A stretch of DNA of 64,000 nt from a virus. Of this stretch, positions 24,635 through 34,092 are shown in pieces (position 1 is the stretch's first letter; each line of letters starts with the position of its first letter). The notes beneath the pieces were generated by a model, which had not been told where the DNA came from, searched no databases, and saw nothing but the letters and a program-made list of their open reading frames with translations. The DNA is taken from IMG/VR virus record IMGVR_UViG_3300035703_000080, positions 3,850 to 67,849 of that record. One strand, given 5' to 3'. The position numbers were made by a program, and so were the translations under genes.

Positions 24635-24943
24635 TCATGCGTCACCTCGCACTCGTGCGATCAGACTCTTCGCCGCGTTGACGGCCGCGATAGTGGCGTC
24701 GTCGCGTTCTCTGTCGTGGATAACGGCGAGCAGCTTCTCCACGCACTGGAGCAATTCCGGCGAAGCCGCGATCAGGCGTGCATTGGCAGCGTTCTCACCG
24801 ATCACATACCCATCAGGGCACGCCGCCACTTGTAGATGTAGCGTCGTGTCGGCGCCAACCCAAAACCAAGGTTCTTCTCCGCGCAAATGCCCGGTACCCA
24901 TAGGCCCGTACAGCGTCCACGGTCCCGGTGTGTGCTTGCTCAT
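24635..24943 (-). CDS. Phage hypothetical protein (HTPGPW...ANARLIAA family)
   Basis: Recognisable MSKHTPGPW and ANARLIAASPELL motifs. Confidence 0.75.
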   Translation of the reverse strand: MSKHTPGPWTLYGPMGTGHLRGEEPWFWVGADTTLHLQVAACPDGYVIGENAANARLIAASPELLQCVEKLLAVIHDRERDDATIAAVNAAKSLIARVRGDA

Positions 24944-25248
24944 ACCGCCTCCTTCACCTCATACCCTGCGTTGCGCAGTGCCTGCGGGATGTCCATCGCG
25001 CCCTTGAAGCTGCCCGGGAGTTCTGACCAGCTCACCACCTCACCATCGGCATTGGCACCGAAGATGTACGTCTCGGGATCGAGGAGTCCCGGGAAGGTGT
25101 CGATTTCAGGGATACCCGTGGGCTTGGGATTGATAGCGCTGACCACGACGTACTCGTGACCTTCGTGCGGGGGCTCCATGCGGAACAGCTCCGCTTCGCC
25201 CCGGAAGCTGTCCAGCTTCTTGATCTTGTGTGCAATCTTGTTTGTCAT
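24940..25248 (-). CDS. Hypothetical protein (MTNKIAHKIKK...)
   Basis: SD AGGAG before ATG at 25248; ETYIFGANADGEV motif. Confidence 0.65.
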   Translation of the reverse strand: MTNKIAHKIKKLDSFRGEAELFRMEPPHEGHEYVVVSAINPKPTGIPEIDTFPGLLDPETYIFGANADGEVVSWSELPGSFKGAMDIPQALRNAGYEVKEAV

Positions 25249-25310
25249 TTGTGCTCTCCTAGAGTTACCGCCCTTCGGGCGGATGCCCAATCGCAAAGCG
25301 ATCAGGCAAC

Positions 25311-25378
25311 AAAAACGCCCTGCCCTGGCGGGTGTTGAGCGTTCGGCCATGAAAAACGCCCTGCGTTTGCAGAGCGTT
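25311..25378 (-). terminator. Two tandem intrinsic-terminator-like hairpins
   Basis: Minus strand AACGCTCTGC-AAAC-GCAGGGCGTT-TTT, followed by a related imperfect hairpin also ending GCAGGGCGTTTTT. Confidence 0.5.
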
Positions 25379-25400
25379 GAGTGGGGAACGTTGTCGTCGT

Positions 25401-25673
25401 TCAGGCGGTGCGCCACACGCGCAGACCGGCGCCGTTCGCGTCGTTGACGACAGCCGTGCGGTATGCGGCATCGGGGTGCTCAAGGAGCACCTTCTTCTTG
25501 GACGCCAGCACCTTGCGGCGCCACGACTCCAGGGTCTTCTTTGCCCCTTCTCCCGTGACGTCGAAGGGGATGAGGAACGAGTCGCCCTTGTTCATCTGCA
25601 CGAGGGGCAGGTCGACGGCCTTGCGACCACGGGCAGCGGCGGGCAGCGGGATGCCCGAAACGATTTGGAACAT
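25401..25673 (-). CDS. Small conserved phage protein (90 aa)
   Basis: IVSGIPLP...MNKGDSFLIP...GLRVWRTA; has its own promoter upstream. Confidence 0.7.
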   Translation of the reverse strand: MFQIVSGIPLPAAARGRKAVDLPLVQMNKGDSFLIPFDVTGEGAKKTLESWRRKVLASKKKVLLEHPDAAYRTAVVNDANGAGLRVWRTA

Positions 25674-25746
25674 GTGTTCTCCACACGCAGCGTACCGAGC
25701 AGCGATACGCAGAGATCAGGACAGTGGCTGCTCCACAGGGAACCGC

Positions 25747-25776
25747 AGTGTATGCGAGTTCAACCACACGCGTCAA
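25747..25776 (-). promoter_or_regulatory. Sigma70-like promoter
   Basis: Minus strand TTGACG-N18-TACACT; the -35 lies inside the 16-bp operator-like site 25771-25786. Confidence 0.55.
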
Positions 25777-25806
25777 GACTTGGACGAGAGTGATGACTGT
25801 TCCCGA

Positions 25807-26433
25807 TCAGTACTTCTTGACCTTCTCGACGATGGTGGTCACGCCGTTGCCAGGGGTATAGCACAGCAGGCAGTCAGCGCACTTCTGCCCGGTGCAGTTC
25901 TGGCGGTCGACAAACTCGTGCTCCAGCACGTTGTTGAACGTGCGGTCGAAGTAGCGAGGGGGCCTGCGCATGATGTTGCTGATCTTGGGGTTGCTGTAGA
26001 TCAGGATCAGGTTGACGGGCTTCGGCGTGGTGCGGAAGAACTTCGACACGATGTCGTTGCGCTTGGTCCACAGAGCGAAGGACGTGCGCGGGTTGCGCTC
26101 ACTGATGGCGCACAGGTTGGCGAGGTGGGTGTCGTTGATCAGCTCGCCGTGCGCGTCGAAGCGGAAGACGGCATCGATGATGCGCGGGATCTCATGCTCA
26201 CCCAGCATGCGCGCGGACAGCGCGTCGCTGTTGCGCTGCAACGCGGGCTGCATGTTCTTGCGGTAGCTCGACAGCATCGTGTGGCTGTAGCACTTGGTGC
26301 AGATGTTGTCTGCACCGCCCGAGGCGTTCTGCTTGATGCAGTACGGGTTGGTGCGGGTGTTGGTGCTGATGGCGCGAAGGCCGTCGAGCTTGCCGGTCAT
26401 GACCGAGATGTGGATGGGTTGGGTGGTGGGCAT
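25807..26433 (-). CDS. Gp88-like Cys-rich protein
   Basis: C...CTKCY, FRFDAHGEL, FALWTKR and NCTGQKCADCLLCY motifs; SD GGAGGT. Confidence 0.65.
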   Translation of the reverse strand: MPTTQPIHISVMTGKLDGLRAISTNTRTNPYCIKQNASGGADNICTKCYSHTMLSSYRKNMQPALQRNSDALSARMLGEHEIPRIIDAVFRFDAHGELINDTHLANLCAISERNPRTSFALWTKRNDIVSKFFRTTPKPVNLILIYSNPKISNIMRRPPRYFDRTFNNVLEHEFVDRQNCTGQKCADCLLCYTPGNGVTTIVEKVKKY

Positions 26434-26492
26434 AGATACCTCCGGTGGTTGGGGGAAGGGATGGGGGACATGTGTCCCCCGGGAGAAAGGCT

Positions 26493-26825
26493 TCAGTCCG
26501 CGTTGACGTAGGCGCACTGCGCCTCCAGCCAGTGCTCGACGAGCGACATGTGCTCAGCGCTCACGGTCCAGCGAGGCGCGCCTGCGTGCAGGCACAGCGG
26601 CATGCCGGGGTGGTCGCGGGTCAGGATGGTCGGCGCGCCGTAGCGGCTGACGAACTGGCCCCACGGGCCGAACTTGGTGAGGCTCTGCTCGGCGTCGTAG
26701 AACTCCACGAGCGGCATGTCTTCGGCATGCTCGATGACGTTGTTCAGGCCGTAGCGCTCGCCCTTCCAGACGATGCGCACGGTCCACGGGCCGATGCGGG
26801 CGGTGGTGTGACGGGTGGTGTCCAT
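26493..26825 (-). CDS. Hypothetical early protein (110 aa)
   Basis: SD AGGAG; VRIVWKGERYG and VEFYD...GQFVSRY motifs; flanked by palindromes. Confidence 0.7.
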   Translation of the reverse strand: MDTTRHTTARIGPWTVRIVWKGERYGLNNVIEHAEDMPLVEFYDAEQSLTKFGPWGQFVSRYGAPTILTRDHPGMPLCLHAGAPRWTVSAEHMSLVEHWLEAQCAYVNAD

Positions 26826-26915
26826 GATGCTCCTGTGAAAAAGGGGGACACATGTCCCCCGGGGTTACGCTTCTGGGGATGGGTTAGCATTAGCGTTGCT
26901 TAATGGGGATCTCCT

Positions 26916-27479
26916 ATGATGAAGCTGAAGGTGGGCGCGGTGCGCGGGGACGGGAAGGTCTTTCGCGGCTACCGCAAAGGGGCCAACGGCCTGCTTGAGC
27001 ACTGGGTTTCCGCCGAAGCGTTTGAACGCAGGCGGCTGCGGATCAACGAACTCAACCGGGCGCGGGCGCAAAGGCTGCGTAGCAGCCCTGAAGGACGCGC
27101 AAACATGAACGCGCGGTGGGGCGAATACATGCGTTTGTCTCGTCAGAAGAATCCAATTGTGCATATGCTCGCAAGAGCAAAAGCACGCGCGAAAGCCAAA
27201 GGCATGGTGTTTGCGTTGACTAAAGAAGACGTTGTTGTTCCTTTGGTTTGCCCTGTTTTGGGCATCGCACTGTATGTAGGCAGCGGCACGGCCAGCGATC
27301 ACTCTCCTGAACTTGACCGCATCGACAATACGAAGGGTTACGTAAAGGAAAATGTGCTGGTTGTATCGCGCCGTGCCAACAGAATAAAGAATGATGCGAC
27401 ACTAGCGGAACTCGAACGAGTAGCCGCTTTTTACCGCACGTTTACGCAGCCAGGGCGATCTCAAGCGCACGGCTCTTAG
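26916..27479 (+). CDS. Free-standing HNH-type endonuclease, antisense to the early region
   Basis: AKARAKAKGMVFALT...CPVLG...SPELDRIDNTKGYVKENVLVVSRRANRIK; lower GC than neighbours. Confidence 0.85.
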   Translation: MMKLKVGAVRGDGKVFRGYRKGANGLLEHWVSAEAFERRRLRINELNRARAQRLRSSPEGRANMNARWGEYMRLSRQKNPIVHMLARAKARAKAKGMVFALTKEDVVVPLVCPVLGIALYVGSGTASDHSPELDRIDNTKGYVKENVLVVSRRANRIKNDATLAELERVAAFYRTFTQPGRSQAHGS

Positions 27480-28434
27480 CCGCATCTCCGGGACCCCACA
27501 AAGTTGACGCCAAACGGTGTTCAGAAGAGTGTGCACGTACTTCGTGATCAAAGTACTGTGTGCACGCGTTCAGCCAGCCCCAGGCCGTACCGCGCGCAGT
27601 CTCCAGCATGGCGCCCTTGCCTGCGCCTGCGAACAGGCTCATGACAGAGGCGAAGCCACGGGACTCGCGCACCTTGTCGGCATCGGACTCGGCGCCCTTC
27701 TTGAACAGCGCCACGGTCATCTCCTCGGCCCGCCTGGACTCGACACGGATGGCGGCGAGCTTGCGCGACGTCTCCATGAAGGTGCCGAACTCGGCGTGGG
27801 CGGTCTCGATGACAGCGCGGAACTTCTCGGGCTTCCACTCCGAGCGGTGGGTCACACGGAAGGCAGTAGCGCCCTCCTGCGCCATGCGCAGCGTGTTGTT
27901 GCACACCACGCGCACCGTCGTCCACCGACCCTCGGTGGCCAGCGAGCCGTCAGCGGAGGTGCTGAGCAGGGCGTAGGGCACGACCTTGTCCCGGGAGCCG
28001 TCCACGCACACGCCCTCGGCCAGCTTCGCCGTGGCGAAGTAGCGCTTGCCGCCGAACAGCACGCCTGCCGACTCGATGGTGAGTCCGCCTGCGTCCGCCC
28101 ACTCGCGGAAGAACTCCAGCACCTCCTGGGGCTGCACGACCTTGTAGCCGTCGCTGACCACGCCCAGGGGGGCGTGCGTGTCCGAGCGGAACAGCACGAC
28201 CTTGTCCTCGACTTGGCGCAGGGAGGTGGCGGGGATGTGCGAGGCGGCGGGGTCGATGCGCTCGATGGCGTACCGGGGGTACGCACGCTGGACCTTGTAG
28301 CCCATCCCGGCAGCAGCCGCCCAGGCGGCGAGGTCTGCGCCTGCGGGCATGAGCTGCCCCAGGCCGTGCCACTCGCGCTGAGTGGAGGCGTAGGAAGCGG
28401 CGGCGCGGGAGGTGGTGTCGATCATGTGAGCCAT
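27442..28434 (-). CDS. DUF932/DUF945 family protein
   Basis: WHGLG, LGVVSDGYKVVQ, IESAG, TTVRVVCNNTL and GTAWGWLNA motifs. Confidence 0.85.
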   Translation of the reverse strand: MAHMIDTTSRAAASYASTQREWHGLGQLMPAGADLAAWAAAAGMGYKVQRAYPRYAIERIDPAASHIPATSLRQVEDKVVLFRSDTHAPLGVVSDGYKVVQPQEVLEFFREWADAGGLTIESAGVLFGGKRYFATAKLAEGVCVDGSRDKVVPYALLSTSADGSLATEGRWTTVRVVCNNTLRMAQEGATAFRVTHRSEWKPEKFRAVIETAHAEFGTFMETSRKLAAIRVESRRAEEMTVALFKKGAESDADKVRESRGFASVMSLFAGAGKGAMLETARGTAWGWLNACTQYFDHEVRAHSSEHRLASTLWGPGDAAKSRALEIALAA

Positions 28435-28524
28435 TACTTTCTCCTTGCTGCGGTGCAGCATTGCTTGCCCCTGGGCCGCAGGGGCGACGGTTGGGGGACA
28501 GGTGTCCCCCGTGTCCAAGGCTTG

Positions 28525-28553
28525 ACTATATCAGGTTCCTGAACCTGTGGGAA
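28525..28553 (-). promoter_or_regulatory. Sigma70-like extended -10 promoter
   Basis: Minus strand TTCCCA-N17-TATAGT with TGn; the spacer is itself an inverted repeat (CAGGTTC-CT-GAACCTG); abuts operator-like site 28512-28527. Confidence 0.55.
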
Positions 28554-28584
28554 GGGGTTCCTGCGTCTGTGCCGCTGCGCGGCT

Positions 28585-28977
28585 TCAGACGCTGATGCTG
28601 AGGGTCGCGCCGTTCAGCAGCTTCTGGACCATCTCCTCGATGTCGTCGTTGTCGCCGTGCGTGCGGTTCTCCTCGTGGTTGTCGATGGCCGTTTCGATCA
28701 GGGAGTGGACGTCGTCCTCGTCGAGGTGGTCCGCGTTCTCCAGATGGGCGTCGATGGCGTCCGCCGTGCGCGTCTGCACGAAGCACTCGATGCGGTGCCA
28801 GAAGGACTCGGCGTTGTCGAGGTAGGCGGACACCGCCTCCTCCATCTGCGGAGCAGGCGCAGCCTGGACCTGCGCGAGCTGCACCTCCAGGGCGGCGATG
28901 CGCTCCACGAGGGGCTTGGTGGCCTCGGCCACGGCGGTGGTGAGGGCTTGGGTGAGGATGGTGTTGATGTCGATCAT
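28585..28977 (-). CDS. Acidic hypothetical early protein
   Basis: SD AAGGAG; Asp/Glu-rich C-terminal half. Confidence 0.65.
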   Translation of the reverse strand: MIDINTILTQALTTAVAEATKPLVERIAALEVQLAQVQAAPAPQMEEAVSAYLDNAESFWHRIECFVQTRTADAIDAHLENADHLDEDDVHSLIETAIDNHEENRTHGDNDDIEEMVQKLLNGATLSISV

Positions 28978-29026
28978 GGTGCTTTCTCCTTGGTGAATGG
29001 GGGACACATGTCCCCCGGGGTTGATA

Positions 29027-29314
29027 TCAGGCGTGAGCCTGGGTTGTGGCGGGCTCGTTCACGGGGACCCACACGAGGTCGACCACGGCGGGGAAGAACT
29101 CGATCTCTTCGGGCGAGGCGGAGCCGAACGGCCTGACGTACACGCGCCCGCTGCTGCTGGGCTTGTGCGGGGCGGCGCCCCCGGAGACGACGAACTTCTC
29201 GCCACGGAACGACGTGACCACGCGGCCCACGCCGATGGCTTTGTTGCTCGTGCCACTGCCCGGGCGCAGCACACACTGGCGCCCTTGATAGTCGGTCGAG
29301 ATGATGGTAGGCAT
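29027..29314 (-). CDS. Hypothetical early protein (MPTIISTDY...)
   Basis: SD AAGGAG; VTSFRGE...APHKPSSSGRVYV...FFPAV motif. Confidence 0.65.
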   Translation of the reverse strand: MPTIISTDYQGRQCVLRPGSGTSNKAIGVGRVVTSFRGEKFVVSGGAAPHKPSSSGRVYVRPFGSASPEEIEFFPAVVDLVWVPVNEPATTQAHA

Positions 29315-29328
29315 GATGGAGACTCCTT

Positions 29329-29634
29329 TCACTTGCTGGTCTTGTGCGCAGACAGGCGCACGGCTGCGTAGGGCTCGCCTACGGTGGTGTGGGCGGTGAT
29401 GAGCTGGCGTGAGGGCTGGAACCGCATGGCGATGGTCTGCCAGTCGGTGGTCGAGCGTCCCTCGCACAGCGACACCGTGGCGCGGTGCGTGGTGCCCATG
29501 ATGACGGGCTGCTCGGCGCTGGTGAGGAACTGCTTCAGCTCGGCCTCCTCCTTCTGGAGCGTGGCGATCTGCGCCTTGACGAGCGCGAGCCGGTCGACGG
29601 CGGTGACGAGGATGTGTGGCGTGTCGTTGTGCAT
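29329..29634 (-). CDS. Hypothetical early protein
   Basis: SD GGAGGT; VDRLALVKAQIATL coiled coil. Confidence 0.65.
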   Translation of the reverse strand: MHNDTPHILVTAVDRLALVKAQIATLQKEEAELKQFLTSAEQPVIMGTTHRATVSLCEGRSTTDWQTIAMRFQPSRQLITAHTTVGEPYAAVRLSAHKTSK

Positions 29635-29727
29635 GGATACCTCCAGTGGGTTGGGAAAGGAAGGGGATGGGGGACACATGTCCCCCGGGGTTAGCGCAGG
29701 CTCACGCCTGCGGGCTCAGGCGCAGGC

Positions 29728-29984
29728 TCAGTAGTCGCTCCAGTCTGCGCGGGCGGCGAGCAGCTCCTCACCGATGCGCACCTCGTCGGCGTCGGTCATC
29801 TTGCGCTCCAGCCAGGGGGCGGGGCGTCCGCGCCTGTCGAGGATGTCGTAGTCCAGCTCCTCCGGCTCCTCGGGATAGCAGTCCTCCGGCGGGCCGTAGA
29901 TACGCGCGGGGCGACCCCCGGCGTAGTAGGTGATGCGTGCGCGGCACGGGATGCCCTGCACGTGGGTGTCGATGGTGATGCTCA
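29728..29984 (-). CDS. Hypothetical early protein
   Basis: GIPC...[11 protein letters not shown]...[15 protein letters not shown] motif. Confidence 0.65.
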
Positions 29985-29986
29985 TC

Positions 29987-30490
29987 TCAAACTCCGATCT
30001 CATTGACGGGGTAGACACTGCGCGCGATCTGGCGCAGGCACTGCTCAGCCAGCTCCTCGATGATCTCCTTGTGGTACTCAGTGGCGTCGGACTCGATGCG
30101 CCACAGCGAGTCGCTCACCGCACCGTCCTCGGTGCGAACCACAATGCCGATGAAGAACCAGTCGCCCTGACACCACCTCCGCAGGTACTGGAAGTCGGCC
30201 TCCACCGCTGCTGCGGCCTGCTGCCGCTTGGTGGCGAAGGTCTGCCCGGCAACACCCCAGCCATCACGCAGTGCGATGGCCGTGGTCTGCTGGACGTCGT
30301 AGTAGAGCCGAGCGCCACGGTCCTCGTGCAGCACACGCTCACCGGGTCTCTTATCCCGGTAGGTCCACTCAGACACGACACCGAGTCCGTCGCTGTCCTT
30401 CCAGGGCTTCCCGGAGTCATCGTCGTAGTAGTACTCGACCACGAGGGTCGTGTTGTTGCGGGTGATGGTCTGGGTCTCGTATGGGCGCAT
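29987..30490 (-). CDS. Hypothetical early protein (167 aa)
   Basis: SD AAGGAG; [10 protein letters not shown]...DSLWRIE motif. Confidence 0.7.
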   Translation of the reverse strand: MRPYETQTITRNNTTLVVEYYYDDDSGKPWKDSDGLGVVSEWTYRDKRPGERVLHEDRGARLYYDVQQTTAIALRDGWGVAGQTFATKRQQAAAAVEADFQYLRRWCQGDWFFIGIVVRTEDGAVSDSLWRIESDATEYHKEIIEELAEQCLRQIARSVYPVNEIGV

Positions 30491-30968
30491 TACTTTCTCC
30501 TTTCAGTTCTTCCTTGACAGCCACGCGATGGCCTCTTCCTTGGTGTCGAAGCGCCCGGCGAGGGGCGTCTGGTGTGCTCCGCGCACGACGAACCAACCGC
30601 CGAGGATGCGGTTGTAGATGATGCGGACTCCGGTCTTTGCGCTCACTTCATCTCCTCCCATCCGTAGGCGAGCATGCCCTGCGGCTCGGAGTCGCGCGTC
30701 CACTTGTACATGTTGCGCGCTTGGGTGAGCGTCAGCCCAGGCCAGCGCAACTCCTTGTCGCCTTCGAGGCGTATGAAAAATACGTACTTCTTCACTTGCT
30801 TTCTCCTTCAGTTCAGACCAGTACCCATGTGATGCGCACGCCGTCGCGCTCGCGCAGGCGGCGCTGCTCCTGCCAGTACGGCAGGGCCCAGGCGATGTTG
30901 GTCTCCACGACGGTGCGGCGTCCGTTGACGGACACGTGCATGTGCATGTGCTTCATTACTTTCTCCTT

Positions 30969-31295
30969 TCAGCGGACGAACCGCGTGTTGACGTAGTTCT
31001 TGAGGATGATCTGCTTGGCCTCGTCTCGTGACCATGCGCGGACGTACAGGCGTGTGCCCATCGCCGCCGGGGCCGTCGCCGTGTCGGGGTTGAACGCACA
31101 CCAGAGGTGCGGCGCAGACGTGCCGCCGCCCCAGTACGTCCCGTCGGGTGCGTAGCCACCATCGACGAAGCGCACGCGCTGTAGGCGCAGCACGATGTGC
31201 CCGTCGTACTGGTCACTGGCACCGAGCGGTGCACCACCACGCCGTAACGGGCGTGGGTTCTGTCTGAGTATGCGGTTGATGTCGAGCTTGTTCAT
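30969..31295 (-). CDS. Hypothetical early protein (108 aa)
   Basis: SD AAGGAG; GAPLG...LQRVRFVDGGYAPDGTYWG motif. Confidence 0.7.
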   Translation of the reverse strand: MNKLDINRILRQNPRPLRRGGAPLGASDQYDGHIVLRLQRVRFVDGGYAPDGTYWGGGTSAPHLWCAFNPDTATAPAAMGTRLYVRAWSRDEAKQIILKNYVNTRFVR

Positions 31296-31355
31296 GCTTG
31301 CTTTCTCCTTCAGTTGAAACGGGGGACAAATGTCCCCCGGCAGGCTACGCGTGCG

Positions 31356-32087
31356 CTACGCGCACACGATCTCCTTCTTCTCCTCGCGGACCACGCGCTC
31401 GGTCACGCCCGTGACCACCACGCGGCACAGCGGGCTGTCGCTCTTCACGTAGGCGTACACGTTCACGATGATCTTCAACTCACTGGGCGTGGTCGGGTCC
31501 CAGTGGCTGAGCGCGGACAAGGCGTCGTGCGCCCGGGCGAGGGCCTTGCGCAGCCCCGGCGGGAGCCGGGTCGGGTCGGCCAGCGACAGCCTGCGTTCGA
31601 ACGCGTAGTCGCGGTTGGGCATGGTGAACGCGTAGTTCGCCGTCGAGGCCTCCCACTCGGTGCCGTCGGCGCCGGCGGTGCCAACGAACGCCTCCAGCAC
31701 CTTCAGCAAGCGCGGGTCTTTGAACGACTCCAAGTCACGCAGGGACACGCCGATGCGCACGGTCTCGGCATGCTGGTCCACGTCCAGCCAAGGCTGGATG
31801 GCCCCGGAGGAGACGTAGACGTCGCCGGAGGAGGCAGGCGTGTCGCCGGTGGGCGTGGGTGCAGGCACCGCGTAGGCACGGGCCAGGGCCCGGGTGAGCG
31901 TGGCGTAGGCCTTGCGCACCTCGGGATGGGTGAGCATGTGCGGAGCCAGTGCCGCCAGGGTCTGCGTCCTGCGCAGGTTGGAGTGCACTCCGTGCGCGGC
32001 GTTGGCGAACGTGCGCATGCTGGGGAAGATGAGGGAGGAGGCGCGGGGGGTGTTGGCGCGGGAGGCAGGGGCGTTGGTCTTCTTCAT
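31356..32087 (-). CDS. Hypothetical early protein
   Basis: SD AAGGA; between two palindromes; C-terminal AYVKSDSPLCRVVV. Confidence 0.65.
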   Translation of the reverse strand: MKKTNAPASRANTPRASSLIFPSMRTFANAAHGVHSNLRRTQTLAALAPHMLTHPEVRKAYATLTRALARAYAVPAPTPTGDTPASSGDVYVSSGAIQPWLDVDQHAETVRIGVSLRDLESFKDPRLLKVLEAFVGTAGADGTEWEASTANYAFTMPNRDYAFERRLSLADPTRLPPGLRKALARAHDALSALSHWDPTTPSELKIIVNVYAYVKSDSPLCRVVVTGVTERVVREEKKEIVCA

Positions 32088-32446
32088 GATGACTTCCTTT
32101 CGGGAGTTGATGGGGGACATGTGTCCCCCGAGGATGGCGCGGGTGCGCCGGGGATGGCGCGGTGTCAGATGACACCAAGGAGCAACAGGGCTGCGATGAG
32201 CGTGCAGAGCACGAGCAAGAGGGCGTCGTCGATGTTCACTTCACCCCTCCCTTACGGGAGGTGCGCCGCACGTAGCGCAGGGAGGCGAGGATCTGCTCGA
32301 TGCTCGTAGCCAGCGCCGGGGTCGGGCGCTGGTAGAACGCCCGCTGGGCGCGGGCGAGTTCGTCGAGCAAGGCGTCGTGCCGCGAGAGGGGGTTGGTGAG
32401 GGTGCGGGGGTTGGTGTCTTTCATGACGGGTTCCTTTCTTTTGGGG

Positions 32447-33136
32447 CTACTTCTTTTCCCAAGAGTGCAGCCAAGGGCTGCGGGATGTGCGTCGGCCTGG
32501 GATGGGCTGACACACGGCGTACAGGCGGCGTAGCCGCCCGATCTCGTGCGCAAGCACGTAGGTGCACGGGTCTGCCTGCTCTGGCGTGGGGCGTCGGCGC
32601 CGCATCCCCGTGTCTGGGTCGATGGTGAGTTCCGCGCGAGCGTACTCGGCGCGTGCGCCGTCCAACATGCGCTGGAGAACCTCGGCGTAGTAGGTGAAGA
32701 AGGCCAGCCAAGGCCTGCCGTAGTCGGGATGCAGCGGGAAGCGCTCGCGGATGCCCGGGCGTGGGTGCTCCCACAACGCCAACTGGTGCGTGTACCGGTC
32801 ACGCATGGACTCGGCCCAGGTCAGTTCCTTCTGAAGAGGCGTGAGGATGGCCTCGGCCCAGGCTTCGCGACCCAAGCGGCGCTGCGTGAGCAGGGCGGTG
32901 GTTGCCTGCTTCCCGCGAAATTCGTCGCGCTCCTGGCGCTCCATCGCCGCAACGATGAGCCAGTTCACCCGACCATGCGCCACCTCGTTGGCGCGCTGCT
33001 TTTTTGTCATCTGCTTGAGCGTGCGCGGGGGATCGCACACGTTGCAGACCGAGCGCTGGATTTTCTTGCGCCCCGAAAATCGGCGGAATAATTGGAGCGG
33101 ACGGGACTGTGCGCACTGTGCGCAGACTTTTTCCAT
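32447..33136 (-). CDS. Hypothetical protein with N-terminal zinc finger
   Basis: CAQC...CNVC; SD AAGGAG immediately after palindrome 33151; next to the AT-rich element. Confidence 0.6.
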   Translation of the reverse strand: MEKVCAQCAQSRPLQLFRRFSGRKKIQRSVCNVCDPPRTLKQMTKKQRANEVAHGRVNWLIVAAMERQERDEFRGKQATTALLTQRRLGREAWAEAILTPLQKELTWAESMRDRYTHQLALWEHPRPGIRERFPLHPDYGRPWLAFFTYYAEVLQRMLDGARAEYARAELTIDPDTGMRRRRPTPEQADPCTYVLAHEIGRLRRLYAVCQPIPGRRTSRSPWLHSWEKK

Positions 33137-33225
33137 GCATTTCTCCTTGCGGGGGACATTTGTCCCCGGATTTTCCGGGGATTTTTGAGGAATTTTTCTA
33201 AGGGTAAACCCTGACAAACGCTTGA

Positions 33226-33633
33226 CCACTGGCCCAAGAATCGACGGGACTGGCCCCGGAGTTGAACTTTTGTGGTGGGAATCGGGACGCGCTAAGTTGT
33301 TGATCTGTAAGGGGTGCGCAAGCGCACTGGTTGAGTAGTGTATCCAAAAAAAGTACCCCTCTCTCCCTCTCTCTCCCTAGAGAAAAAAGGAAAAAAGGAA
33401 AAAGCAAAAATATAGAAATAAAAAAATACTTTCTTATATATATATATATATAGAAGGTAGTAGTAGTAGTAAGTAAGAAAAAATGTTTAAGATCAAGGGG
33501 TTAGCGCGGCAGCACGCGTGGTTGGGCTGCGCAAGAGCGGGGCCAGTGGCCCTATTGCGAATGCGTTCGCATTAGCACCGGTATCCGGGGCCTTTGGCGC
33601 GGTATCCGGGGCCTTTGGCGCGGTATCCGGGGG
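33226..33633. other. AT-rich non-coding element (origin-like) with flanking inverted motifs and 21-bp tandem repeats
   Basis: Poly-A, (TA)n and (GTA)n tracts at ~33340-33490; TAAGTTGTTGATC (33293) and GATCAAGGGGTTA (33491); CGGTATCCGGGGCCTTTGGCG twice plus a partial copy at 33579-33633. Confidence 0.55.
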
Positions 33634-33658
33634 ACACTTGTCCCCCGGAGAGGGGCGT

Positions 33659-33790
33659 TCAGCCCTTCTTTGCCGCACGCGGCTTGCGCTCGGTCTTGAA
33701 GGCGCGGGCCTGGGCCCGGGCTTGCCGGTCAAGCAGGCGCTTGATTTCTTTCGCCACGAAGGCGGCGCGGATTTCCTTTTGGAGGTTCAT
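33659..33790 (-). CDS. 43-aa basic peptide (MNLQKEIRAAF...RAFKTERKPR)
   Basis: Translated by hand; SD AAGGA; lies between two palindromes and shares RAFKTE with the next ORF. Confidence 0.5.
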   Translation of the reverse strand: MNLQKEIRAAFVAKEIKRLLDRQARAQARAFKTERKPRAAKKG

Positions 33791-33865
33791 GACTGTTCCT
33801 TTCAGGGGCGTGCGCCCCGTTGACGGGGGACAAATGTCCCCCGGGTTGTGCCTGCGTCGCAGGCT

Positions 33866-34045
33866 TCAGCGCAGCGGGGTCACGCCGCGCAGCGCTTGCT
33901 CCCAGGTCTCCGCCCGGGCTTCCTTCACCTGCGCTGTGCGCAGGGCCTGGGCCTTGCGGCGGGCAGCAGCCCGCTCTTCCTGCGCACGCGTGCGCAGTTC
34001 GGTCTTGAACGCCCTGAGGGCGTCGCGTTGGGTTTCCTTCAGCAT
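33866..34045 (-). CDS. 59-aa basic peptide (MLKETQRDALRAFKTE...)
   Basis: SD AGGAG; between two palindromes. Confidence 0.55.
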   Translation of the reverse strand: MLKETQRDALRAFKTELRTRAQEERAAARRKAQALRTAQVKEARAETWEQALRGVTPLR

Positions 34046-34092
34046 TTGCTCTCTCCTGTGAATGGGGGACAAATGTCCCCCGCCGATTACGC

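Noticed and set aside
33554-33573. Fur box
   Set aside because: TGCGAA-N4-TTCGCA has the wrong spacing and is too GC-rich for the 7-1-7 Fur consensus.
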